Position numbers and translations under genes: made by a program | Shown: piece by piece, positions 24,775-36,592 of the stretch | Position numbering within the stretch: position 1 is the first letter of the stretch | How the letters are laid out: the number at the start of each line of letters is the position of its first letter | NCBI GenBank assembly: GCA_052426225.1 | Contig: JBNJNM010000008.1 | Coordinates: 372,001 to 436,000 of the forward strand | DNA: 64,000 nucleotides | Origin: Zancudomyces culisetae HAW-14-8 | Taxonomy: Eukaryota > Fungi > Kickxellomycota | Direction of reading: 5' to 3' | Notes under the pieces: model-generated | Told to the model about the DNA's origin: nothing | Seen by the model: only the letters and a program-made list of their open reading frames with translations | Database searches by the model: none

Positions 24775-25857
24775 TTATGAGGTGTCTGTTTGGGGTGTAG
24801 TTGGTTGGACGTTTTGTTGGTTAGGAGCTTGAGAAATATCTTGAGCAAGTTCAGCTTCACGGTTCTGGATCTTGTTGTTGACCAAGTCATGCAGAGATAT
24901 AATGGCTCTAATCATTGTCGAGATATAAAGTAGCATATATGTATCGTTGGTCTTTTTGGCAAATACAGAACTAAGCTTTGCCGCATCCAGGTTTGGAATC
25001 AGATTGAAAATGTCCTGAAGGTTATAGATAATATCCACATTTACTGGGAGTTTTCCCGAAACTACATTATCCAGATAAACCGACATTTTCTCCAGTCTAT
25101 CGTTTAGTCCCTTAATTGATTCGAGTTGTCGTGCTAACCGGAGGGATAGTGTTCCAATTGCGTTATCCTTGACATCTCTTAGCAGGTGTTCAACACCAAT
25201 TTCTTCAGCCTCCTCAGCACCTATTTCAGAGGGGATATGCTCAAAGGTTTTTGTTGCGGCCGATCCATCGTCGTGAATCTCTTCAATCGAAATGTATGCA
25301 TTTGTAGGGATTCCCACTTCCTTTGGATGCACATCAACCACCACCAATACTGGGTTTGCCACGTATCTCTTGAACAGCTCATTGATTTGCAAATCTGCCG
25401 CCTGCAGTTTTGGCCCACTGTGGTACCATCCAATCAACACTTCTTTTACATTTACCTTTTTAAACATGTCTCGCATGTTTTCTACGTAATTGTGGTCCAA
25501 AAACCATACTTTGTTGTTTTTGTCTTCTTCCTCGAATGGTACTATTGGAACGATAAATATTTTTAAATAATGAGCCTAGTTCATTCTTGTATTTTATATC
25601 GTTGTAGGTTTAATAGAACTTGCCCCCCGCCCTCAATAAAGAAAAAAAATGAAATAAATGTATAACAAAGATGTACCTGCAAAACTGTTGGTTACGTTTA
25701 CTACATTTCCAAATACTCGACCCAAAAGCACACCAACTACTCTTTTCTTTGTATTTTTAGCCACGCGATTATAGTGATCGACAACTGAAAGTAGCACCAA
25801 TGGGTGTACTATTACTTTTGCGTTTTTTATGTTTTGAACATCTATTGAACTTTGCAT
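24775..25857 (-). CDS. RPN8: 26S proteasome lid subunit Rpn8/PSMD7 (2 exons)
   Basis: [29 protein letters not shown]|[15 protein letters not shown] and [15 protein letters not shown] motifs. Confidence 0.95.
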
Positions 25858-26950
25858 TGTGACTATTTCGTATTTCTTCTATTTGGCTATTATATTGAAA
25901 ATCGGTCTTTTAAAATCACTTTTTTATTTTATTTTTATGTTTTTACAAGTTTGGTAGTAAAATGATTATCATATCACAATTAATACTAGAGTAACAATAA
26001 AAAAAAAACACTACATTCCAATATAAATATGCTAGAGGGAATTCATCAAGAGATGGCTATAAATCACTTACCTACTTTTTCCGCAAAAAGATTAGTTTGA
26101 ATATTTATGGAAATCGTTCGGATATTTTCTCTTTTGTACTATGTGTAATAACCTGTTTTCTATCGCAAAAGCTATTGAATCTTTTATTTCGACAGTTGGG
26201 TAGTATCGTTGGTGGATGTTCAGAAGTATGTACAATTACAAAGTATTTGGATAGATTTGCTAAGCACAAGAATATCTCTACTATTGTTTTTGTTTCTTAT
26301 TTATTTTTTAGCAATTTATTTTTAAAATTTTTTGTAATTCCTATAATAAACTTGGAAAATTAGAAAAATAGAAACGTAAGCAGAGGTGCCGCATTTGATT
26401 GGATAAACTAACTGGTAACTCTTTCTGACTTTTATTTGTTTATTTATTTATTTTTGGCAATACTCTTCTGGTATTTTGCTTTGGTCTGTGGATAAAGAGG
26501 TAACTGTTAACAGCTCAAGAGGGGGAAAAGGGGAGTGGGGAGGTTTAAATGTTGTACAACATTACAAATACGATTTATTGTATACAACGGTTCTCTAACT
26601 ATTTTTTGTTTTTTGTTCTTTGTTAATTGTTTTCTAAAACCTAAAAAGCACAAACCTTGTAGGTGTAGGAGACGGCTTTGTAAAACATATGCCACCTGCT
26701 CAATACTTTCTCACATTGTATAGCGACATATAAACCGGATCATATCATATTGTATTATATGGCTAGTCTTTTTTTTCTTTATTCTTGATGACGTGTTTAC
26801 CGTTCTATATTGAACATTCAAGTTTTCCTAAAAGAAAAAGAAAAAGAAAAAGAAAAAGAAAAAATGAGAATCCATGCTATTAGACTGGGTATTGACACCC
26901 TACAAGTGCTAAATATCTCATCCTACTACCTATTCGCTCATCTGACCAGA

Positions 26951-26984
26951 ACTCGTCAGTGATTGTAATGCATCACTGACGAGT
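26951..26984. repeat. Perfect 13-bp inverted repeat with 8-nt spacer
   Basis: ACTCGTCAGTGAT-tgtaatgc-ATCACTGACGAGT. Confidence 0.85.
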
Positions 26985-28930
26985 ATATCATTTATGAGTT
27001 TTATTCCAACATTCTTGTATCCAGGTTAATCAACAACCACTCTTCACAGTTACTTTTTTCTAGTAAAACTTTTCACCAACTACTTGCCTATGACTAGATG
27101 TGGCCATTTTTAAATCTTTCGGCTTGTATCCGACTTGTTTTGTATTATCCTTTTGTTTTTGTTTTTGTTTTTATTCTGTCTAATGATTAATAAGGGACTA
27201 CAAAAACCAGTATGTTGGTAATAGGTGCTCTTTATTTTTGCTAATTAGGATCATTTAAATTACCTCTTCCACACTCTGTTTTCTTGAATTTTAACATTAA
27301 TAAATTAGAGATACAAATTATCGATTAAACATAACCAAAATCAAAATGTAATCAAACTAATATATTACTCAAATTAGTTTTGCGTTGAAACTACCTTAAC
27401 ATGGAATGGATTATGCATGATTGATAAACAAATACCATCGCTACCCAAATTGAAAAGATGTGGCAGACTGTTTTTTCTGTGTTAATACATGAATCCTTTT
27501 TTTTTCATTTTTTCATTTTTTCATTTTTTCTTTTGGAAAACACAGTCTCAGCATAGTTTAGAAGGATAAAAAAAAAAGATTATACAAGTATACAACTCTG
27601 AAATTAATAATGGTTTTTTTTTCCTCAAAGGGTGTAAGCTACAATCGCCATTTTATAAATATTAGTTTCGACAGATTTTTTTATTTTTTATTTAGTTGTA
27701 CACTTCTGAGTGTGTTCCGTGCTTTTATATTTTGTGCATATATTTACTCGATTCTTTTTTTCTGTTTTTTTCTGGTTATAAATATGTATTTATTTTCATT
27801 TTATTTATGTTTATACTTGATCTTTTAAAGGTGTTATATTTCTGTGCTTTTCAATTCCAAAAAAAGAATAAATAGTAACCTCTTTTTAATTCAAAAGGGT
27901 TTTATTGGTAGTAAAAATAATCAATTTGACTTTTTATTTTATTTCCACTTTTCCATTATTCTTTTTTTATTTTCATCTAGGAAACACGTTCCAGCATAAA
28001 TAGTGATATATTAGAAAATCTATCAATCTTTTAAATTAGTCGTTTTTCTTTTCTTTTATATATTTTAATTTGTTGTATACAAAAACGAACGGAGAATGAA
28101 AAAAAAATAATAATTACGTAAAAACTATTTGGATCAACCATATTATGTTTGAAAAGTAATAAAAGCTCGAATATTTAGCTCTAAAATAGCATTTAATACT
28201 GAAAAAATAAACAGAAATAAATAAATAAATAAAAATAAAATAAAAGTTGTTATATGAAATTAAATGAAAATCAAAGCGAAGCAAATAGGTTGGATAAAAA
28301 AAATCGAACGGAGATAATTTTTTTTTAATAGTAATATTTTGCAAAATCTCCTTTTTAAATGTTTATACTCAAAAATATTTATTATATTGCTTAAATTCAG
28401 CTCTTGGATCTCCGCTCTCGTCAGCATACGCAGCTCTTGTTTTTCTCTATATGTTTCTAAACCACAACCAATATATATCAATATTTCCAAATAAAAGGCG
28501 ATAAACACCAGATATTATCCGAAATCGGCTTCACTAAGCTATAATAAACAATAAATAACGATTAATCTAAACACTAACACAGGATTTCAGGACAAAGCTA
28601 ATTTTTGAACACATTCTGGAAAACACCCTTTTTTTGTGCTAAAGCTATAAAACAAGGGTTATCTTATAAAGCAGGTTATTTGGTAATTTCTATTTTACAT
28701 TTAATAGATGATATATAAAAATAAAATCAAAATTAATGTAAACAAGGATGTACCAAGATGTTTTGTTTTTCATTCTTGAAAGTTTTAGAATAACAAACAA
28801 AATAAACTTATTTTTTGTTTTTGTCTGTAAACGTTGAGAAATACTAAATATAAAACACTATCCACCACATCCATCTTCCTTTCCTCAAAAAATAGAGCGA
28901 CAACTAGGACAAGAGGAAAAAAAAAGAACT

Positions 28931-31564
28931 ATGGAGGCAAGCGAACAAAAGCCAGTAGTAACAGTTGATTTTGCTAAAAGACCAGGGTTTGGTCAGGCAG
29001 GGAGAAGGATAACAGTACTAACCAATTATTATGAGGTACTGTCAGCCTGGGACAAAGCTGTCTACCAGTATGACATTACGATAAAGCCAAAGCCAAGACC
29101 TCCAAGAGAAGGAGAGGAACCAAGGCCAGTGAGGGATAAGAAGCTGCCAATCAAGCTGAACCAAGATGTTTTCAGTGCATTTCTGCGAACATATGGTAGT
29201 AGCAATCTAGGCGGGATATTTATGGCATATGACGGAGCAAAGACAGCGTTTGCCAAAAATAGATTGCCACTTGCGGATAAGGAGCAGGAATTTGAGATAT
29301 CGTTGATATCAGGAGGAAGAACGGCGTATTACCACGTAAAGGTGATGGAAGCAGCAGAGGTACCAATGAAGTCGGTGTGGGACTTTGCTAAAGGGAGCAA
29401 CACGGTCGAGACACGAGACTGGAGCTCAGCACTTCGAGTGCTAGACACACTACTTGGACAAGGTTTGGAGAACAGCCATGTTAAGGTTGGAAGATCATAT
29501 TTTACGTCAAAGGACAGCCACAGGCTTGGAGAGGGAGTGGAGTTGTGGCGTGGAGTGTTCCAATCGGTAAAGGCAGGGCAAGGGAAGCTGTACGTCAATG
29601 TTGATTTGGCATACACAGGTTTTATTATGGGAGGAAGTTTGCTGTCGTTTTTGGGGTCGATTTTCAATGTAAGAGATCCAAGGGATTTGAGCAGAATCCG
29701 GCCAGAAGAGATATGCAGCCGAGCCAACAAAATGTTACGAGGAGCAACTATGAAAATGTCACACATGACACAAAAATCGAGACGGTTCAAGGCCAAGGAG
29801 TTGGATGCCAAGGGTGCAGACGAACGGTTCTTTGACTTTGTAGACCGCGAGAAAAACACAACAGAGAGAATATCGGTTAAGGACTATTTCCGTAACCGGT
29901 ACAACATCCGGTTGGAATTCCCATCGCTTCCATGTGTTGTGTTTGGGCCAGGAAACTATCTTCCAGTGGAGTTGTGTGAGATTGATCCAGGACAAAACTA
30001 CAAGAAGAAGCTGAACGAAACACAAACAGCCGAGGTAATCAAACAAGCGTGTATCAAGCCAAATCAACGGATGGCAAAGATTGAGCAGAGCTACCGCGAC
30101 TTGAGGTACAGCGAAAACAAAGCAATGCGAGAGTTCGACTTCCGTGTTTCAGACAAGCTTGTGCGCACCGAAGCTAGACAGCTACAGACACCAACACTGT
30201 GCTACAGCGATAGATCGCGCGGGGGTGGACAAATGGTTCCCCGTGGTGGTGCATGGAACATGCGTGACAAAGTGGTGTACCGTGGCACCGAGCTCAACCA
30301 TTGGGGCGTTGTAGTGCTTGCTGATCAGCGTAGTGCCAGCCAGCAGAACGTCCAGGCCTTTGTACGTCAGCTGATTACTACCTGTAAGGACACTGGGCTC
30401 CGCATCAACAACACTCGCCCTGCAATCAGCTACATCAACTCTATGGGCAACCTCGACAGCCAGTTCAACGATGCCTTCCGCCGCACTCAGGACGCCTGCT
30501 CCGGCAATCTTCCCCAGCTTCTTTTGTGTGTTCTGCCCTCTGCCTCTACAAACCTCTACGAAAAAGTCAAGCGTGTTGCCTATATTGGCATGGGTGTCCA
30601 CACCCAGTGCATGCTTTCCAAACATCTTGGCCGCCCTAACCCTCAGTACTGCGCCAACTTGTGCCTTAAAATCAACGTCAAGCTAGGTGGCATCTCTTCT
30701 GTCTTGGCTCCCAGAAGCCTGCCCAAGGTCGATTCTGCCCCTACCATCATTATTGGTGCTGATGTTACCCATCCTGGTGTTGGCGACACTTCCCGCCCTT
30801 CCATTGCTGCCGTCGTCGGTTCTATGGACGCCCACGTTTCGCGCTTCCGTGCTGCCTTGGCTCAGCAACCTGCTCGTGTCGAAATCATCCAGAACCTCTC
30901 TTCCATTGTCCGCGACCTCCTTCGCGACTTCTACAGATCCACCAACTACAAACCACAACGCATCATCTTCTATCGTGATGGTGTCAGTGAAGGTCAGTTC
31001 AACACTGTTTTGCGCTCCGAAGTCGATGCAATCTACCAGGCTTGCGACTCTCTTGAAAAGGGCTACAAACCCGCAATCACCTTTGTTGTTGTCCAGAAAC
31101 GCCACAAGACCAAGCTTTTCCCCATGGGCTCTGGCGACGACACTTCCGACCGCTCTGGCAATTGTCTGCCCGGAACCGTCGTTGACTCCACCATCACCAG
31201 CCCTTATCTCTTTGATTTCTATCTTCAGTCCCACTCTGGTATTCAGGGCACTTCAAAACCCGTTCACTACTATGTTCTCAAGGACGACAACAACTTCACC
31301 ACCGACGAAATCCAATCTCTTTCCTACAACCTCTGCTACCTCTACGCCATCTGTACTCGTTCTGTCAGCATTGTCCCCCCTGTCTACTACGCCCATCGTG
31401 TCGCCTACCGCGCTCGCTCCCATACCAGAGATGACTGGGGTACTGCCAGCGATACTGCCTCTATCTCTTCTGGTAATGTTGGCACTGGTGCAAATGCTCC
31501 CCAGACTCCCTCCAAGGTTGTTCCTATTCACGAAAGACTCCAAAGAACCATGTATTTCATGTAA
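28931..31564 (+). CDS. Argonaute (N-L1-PAZ-L2-MID-PIWI), intronless, slicer tetrad DEDH
   Basis: KRPGFG, YLPVELC, NLCLKINVKLGG, GADVTHP, RVEII, YRDGVSEGQF, VQKRH, PGTVVD, QGTSKP and PPVYYAHR motifs. Confidence 0.96.
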   Translation: MEASEQKPVVTVDFAKRPGFGQAGRRITVLTNYYEVLSAWDKAVYQYDITIKPKPRPPREGEEPRPVRDKKLPIKLNQDVFSAFLRTYGSSNLGGIFMAYDGAKTAFAKNRLPLADKEQEFEISLISGGRTAYYHVKVMEAAEVPMKSVWDFAKGSNTVETRDWSSALRVLDTLLGQGLENSHVKVGRSYFTSKDSHRLGEGVELWRGVFQSVKAGQGKLYVNVDLAYTGFIMGGSLLSFLGSIFNVRDPRDLSRIRPEEICSRANKMLRGATMKMSHMTQKSRRFKAKELDAKGADERFFDFVDREKNTTERISVKDYFRNRYNIRLEFPSLPCVVFGPGNYLPVELCEIDPGQNYKKKLNETQTAEVIKQACIKPNQRMAKIEQSYRDLRYSENKAMREFDFRVSDKLVRTEARQLQTPTLCYSDRSRGGGQMVPRGGAWNMRDKVVYRGTELNHWGVVVLADQRSASQQNVQAFVRQLITTCKDTGLRINNTRPAISYINSMGNLDSQFNDAFRRTQDACSGNLPQLLLCVLPSASTNLYEKVKRVAYIGMGVHTQCMLSKHLGRPNPQYCANLCLKINVKLGGISSVLAPRSLPKVDSAPTIIIGADVTHPGVGDTSRPSIAAVVGSMDAHVSRFRAALAQQPARVEIIQNLSSIVRDLLRDFYRSTNYKPQRIIFYRDGVSEGQFNTVLRSEVDAIYQACDSLEKGYKPAITFVVVQKRHKTKLFPMGSGDDTSDRSGNCLPGTVVDSTITSPYLFDFYLQSHSGIQGTSKPVHYYVLKDDNNFTTDEIQSLSYNLCYLYAICTRSVSIVPPVYYAHRVAYRARSHTRDDWGTASDTASISSGNVGTGANAPQTPSKVVPIHERLQRTMYFM

Positions 31565-31786
31565 TTTAATACTTTGGTTTTTTTTTATTATCCATTTTTA
31601 TTCTACTTTATTTTGACGTTGATATCTACAATGGTAAACAATCTAAATCCTACACACCAAGTTTTCAAACTACCTTTTGATGATATTTTGTTTCTTTACC
31701 TCCCTCCCTCCCTCTCTCTCTCTCTCCCTTATTCTAATCATTTCCACCAACTTGTGAAATTGAATACAGCTATTGTTACTAATTAT

Positions 31787-32236
31787 CTAAGCTAACAATA
31801 CAGTAAATAGTGAAAAGTGAAGGATGTAAATTATCAAGTAAAAAAATAACAATGTTCTACCTAAAAGTTTTTTTTTGGAAAATTGTGCAATTTGTTCTTC
31901 GTCATGTGTGTTTATGTGTTTTAGGGCCCTTTTCATGTTTTTCACACGCAAATATGATAAAAGCAATAATAGCCATATACCACCCATGATAAATGCTATA
32001 ATCCGAGATGCTAACTTTAATGCCTCGTTCGGTTTGCGAGAGATTCGAAAGATATCTATTATTACTATGGATACCACAAGTACGATCCTAACCGAAATAA
32101 AGGCTATTCTCCTGGAGAGCACATTTTTTATTTTTCTATGTGTATCATTACTGTGTCTTCCTTTTATGGCTGTATTGTCTTCAATCTTTCTCCTTTTTTT
32201 TCTCTCTTTTCCCTTCTCTTTCACTCTCTCTTTCAC
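31787..32236 (-). CDS. Possible small membrane protein; exon boundaries uncertain
   Basis: 149-codon ORF with a basic N-terminal part and two clear hydrophobic helices. No ATG start, so it would need an upstream exon. Confidence 0.35.
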   Translation of the reverse strand: MKERVKEKGKERKKRRKIEDNTAIKGRHSNDTHRKIKNVLSRRIAFISVRIVLVVSIVIIDIFRISRKPNEALKLASRIIAFIMGGIWLLLLLSYLRVKNMKRALKHINTHDEEQIAQFSKKKLLGRTLLFFYLIIYILHFSLFTVLLA

Positions 32237-32566
32237 TCTATTCTTTTCTCTTTAATATTTTGTAATATGCCTCCCCCTACACTATATGAGTATACTAATC
32301 AAATAGCTATACCTACTCTACGAAATTTTATATCAAATGTAAACTCTATTATCCTATATATATAATTTATTTACTTATTTGCTTGGTTGTTTGTTTGAGG
32401 AATTTTAGCTTTATCGTTAATGAAAACCGTTGTAATGTTAGTTCTACATACACCCAGATAAAAAATATAAAAAATGTACCAAACTTTTTTCATTTTTATG
32501 GTGATCCTTTTGGGTTCCCTTGAAATAACTCAAAGATCATGCACAAGCAAACGTACACGTACACGT

Positions 32567-32641
32567 ATACATACATACATACATACATACATACATACAT
32601 ACATACATACACAGATGCAAATGCAAATGCAAATGCAAATG
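32567..32641. repeat. (TACA)n microsatellite followed by (ATGCAA)n
   Basis: Directly visible tandem units. Confidence 0.9.
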
Positions 32642-34985
32642 TAAACAATACATACTAGGATACGAAAAATTTTCCCTGGCGGTTATCGCCTGGTGTTCTG
32701 CTTTTGCGGATTACTTTTTACCCACTACTACCACTTTTTACAAACACCTTTTTTTTTAATACAAATATCCGAGACAGTATTATTCTTGTTAGATATTATC
32801 AAGAGATGTAAACTATGGTACAATAGTAGATCCCTTTCTTTTTTTATATTTAATTAATTATTTTTTTAAAGTTTTAATCTCTTCTGCCAATATTCTTGCT
32901 ATTACAATCACACCTATTTGACTCGGAAAAAGTTAACCAAAAAAAATAAAAACAAAAACAAAATGACAGTTATAATCAAAATATCTTTTGGATAACTGTG
33001 GTATTTTACTGGCTCGGTTGAACATAATTTGGTTTGGAACCTCAAATGTGGATTATCTTTTTTTTTTTAATGAGCATGTACCAACTTTTCACCAAAAAAT
33101 AAAAAAAATGTTTATCCACCCATTTAGCGCTTTTCTGTTTTTCTTTCTCTTTTTTCCTTTAATAATGTAAGGGGGTAGAAGGAGGGAGGGCTTGATTATT
33201 GATTTTGGTAAACCAACATAATTTGGATAAAGAGGAAAGTTATTTGGTTTGGTCCGATATCATATAAACAATCTTGGTTTTAGTCATATTTCCAGAAAAT
33301 AAACAATAGCTGCAAGCTAAATAGAGAGAAGGAAGTACAAGAGCAAAAAGAAGAAAATGATGTGCATGAAAAAGGATAATCATAATCCCATCGTGTATGC
33401 TCTACTATTGGAATTTTGCCCTCTCCTCTTTTCTATCTCCCCTATCCTAATCTTACTCTCTTTCACGGTTTGTTGCTCATACTTCATACTCATTTCTCCT
33501 GACACAATCTGAAAATTTTGTACTTTTGTACTTTTGTGCTTTGCACCGTTTATTTCATCTGTACACAACAAAATAAACCCCTCCTTTCCCTTGTCCCCCT
33601 CCTCCCCTCCAATTATTCCTGTTTATGTCCTTCTTTCTCATCCAATTTTCACAATATATTCTTTAAATTCACCCTTCAACTATTATATTGCATATTCTCA
33701 TTGACAAGTAAACCAATATTCTGGATCAAATAGGCTAGATTCCAATACGTGTATTTTTTACCATACCCACTTTTCATTTATTATTAATCACTTTAATACG
33801 TTTTTTTTCTTTTATTAAAAAGATGTGGAGTTTTTGTAGCTGTTCTAGATACTAATTATGAAAAGTAAATATATCCAGGAAATTAACAATTATAATAAAG
33901 GTTCTTCCCTTTCCCCCCTATATTATTATTATTTAGCTGGAAACAAAACAGAAAAAAAAGAAAAAGGCCTGGATAAAAGTGAAAAGAATAAAAAAAAGAA
34001 AAAAAATGATGGGTATATCATATTGCTACTTGAACTTTTCATATTTCTATCAGCTTCCCCCCTCCCATCCCCACCCTTCCCCGCCTACTAACACACGCCT
34101 TACCCACCCCCTCCGCCCCAATTCTTGAAAAGAGGAAACCATTCCAATTATATAAGTACTCAACAGACTAATTCTACCCACCTTAACCCAGCCTCTGTTA
34201 ATATATTAGTTAATAGAAGGAGACCATGGATAAAATTACATCGGCTTTTTTTTTTCACTGTACAAACTTAAACTGCAAGTAATCTCAACTCCACTCCCCA
34301 CTCCTTTTTTTTTGTTCCGTTTACTTTTTTCGGATATCAAATAATTACAACAACTGGGTAATAAACTCTGCCATCAATTGAGACTCTCCTCCCTCCCACC
34401 TTCTCCAAACAAAGTAGCTATAAACTCTTTGTTTATGCCATAAATCGACATTGGGCTCCAATTTGCACCTGGCATTGGAATGAGCTTTTAAACCATTTAT
34501 GCAAATGATATTGCTAATTAAATCCTTTTTTTTCAGAATAAAGAAAAAAAAAACTCGAAATTATTGAAATAACCAATATTGCCATATTGACATATTGTTA
34601 TATTCTAATAATTATTTAATAATAATACATAGCTACACTCGACACAAAATCAACTTATTATCTTAAACAATTATACAGGAACCATCATATATGCACAACT
34701 GATAAACAGTTATTTTTATTCTATTATATTTTATTTTTTTTGCAAAGAGGAAAAAAGTGAAATATACCCGAAAGCCATCTACAGAGTAAAACATAAAACA
34801 AATCAGTCCAGTAACGACAATAAGCAACATATATATACAATTTCACAATAGTAAAACAACACTCTTACGATGATATATGTTTCAACGTAAATACATATAC
34901 AAACAGCAATTATCAAACACCAAAAAACACACCTAATAATAAAAATAATCGTAATAATAACCCTACTAATAATAATAGTAAAATA

Positions 34986-36110
34986 ATGGATAATGTAAAT
35001 ACACACACAATCAAGCTAAACTTTAAAGAAACAGGATACCTTCAGCGACGGCAACAATACCAAGCTCCAATTACAGACTATCTCTTTCCTACATCTGGGA
35101 ACATCCTCAGCTATATTATTATCATAGTAGCACTTGTAATGTTCATCCTGTGCCTCATCCTTGGAACAACATGGATAGTCCGTACACGAATCAAGCGTCA
35201 ACGAGCCAAACATGGTAGTGGTTCTGTCATTGATGAAAATTTTGGTCGGTACCGGAGTAAATACTACGCCAAAAAGCTATCAAACTCAAACTCAAACTCG
35301 CTCTTTCGAGTAATTACCAATTCCCTCAGTAGAAAGACATCACGAGGATCGAGGCACCAACAACTAGAGGCTTGTAGGTTATCTCCACTACCTTCGTTTA
35401 TGATAAAAAACGGAAATTTGCATAAGCTGAAGAATAGAGATATTCTCTACAAACAAATGCAGGTAGTTGGTATGGTGCCTGCTGCAAAGAGGGTAATCTC
35501 GGGTGGTATCAGGAGTGATATTAAAGAAATAAGTGCTGGAATTGCTACAGATGGAAATAGTAATAGAAATAGTACTAGCAGTGATATTGGTAGTAGTAAC
35601 AGAATTAATGACAATACTTTGGAGTTGGGCACCAAAAATGGACAGGTAAGAAAGCAGTCATTTGTCATTTGTCATTTACATTTATAAAAAATATAACAAC
35701 AGACATAAAATACATATATTTAAACCTACATATACACTATATTGAAGAATACTAAATGCTATTTCCTATCACTACCATCACTACTACTACTACTACCACT
35801 CCAAACTCACCAAATAACAAAAAAAAACAAAACAAAACAAAAAATTGACATTCACAAATAGCAGCAAGAGTATACAGATACATCTCCACTAACTCCATCA
35901 CACAAAAAGGACAAGAAAGGAAAAGCAGTCGTCATGTACTCACCACATTACAACCAGATACTCTTTTCTGACGATTACACATCTCCTGAGCCATGCTACG
36001 AGTTTGAAAATATGGTTGAACTGAAAATACTTCGTAATGCATCGATTTTCCCCCCTAGCGATGATCACCATCTTATTCAACATGAAATGGAAGGCGAAAC
36101 CCAATTGTAG
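34986..36110 (+). CDS. Orphan single-pass membrane protein (2 exons)
   Basis: TM segment (IIIIVALVMFILCLILGTTWIV) followed by basic residues. Donor CAG|GTAAGA at about 35645; acceptor TAG/CAG at about 35861 continues in frame to TAG 36110. Confidence 0.6.
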
Positions 36111-36592
36111 CCTGATCTCTAGCTATTGTGCGTTTTTGAGCACATCAAAAAAGGGGTAAGTAAAAGAAAATGAATAGAAAGTGGGGAAGAGGAAGGAAGA
36201 AAGGAAAGGGGGGGGGGGGGAGCGGAGCGGAGGGAAGGGATGTGCAAAAAATGGAGAGCGAAAACTCTTGTTATCTTTTTTTTAAAAAAAAATGACCAGG
36301 AGTTGGAATATTTTGTACTCTTCATATGTATTTTGTTTGTACCTATTAAACCTTTACATTATTAGATAGAGGTTATACTCATATTTACACTCTCATTAAA
36401 AACCAGAATAAACTTAAAGAATACAAATAGGAGCTAAACGAGAAATGGCATTTATTATTACAGTTTATAAATATCACCATACCCAAATGCAAAAACATAC
36501 GATATTCTTACAAACTTCTCTATTAGAAAAGGAAGACTCTATTTATTCAACCTTAACCCATCCAACTATCCAACTATCCAAGAAATAAAAAA

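Noticed and set aside
26880-26990. Hammerhead ribozyme (CUGACGA, stem, GAAU on the minus strand)
   Set aside because: GAAA is replaced by GAAU, and no consistent stem III, stem I or NUH cleavage site can be built.
30683-31616. 309-aa alternative-frame and 183-aa antisense ORFs inside Argonaute
   Set aside because: They are expected by-products of the C/T-rich codon use in the 3' half, and no motifs are present.
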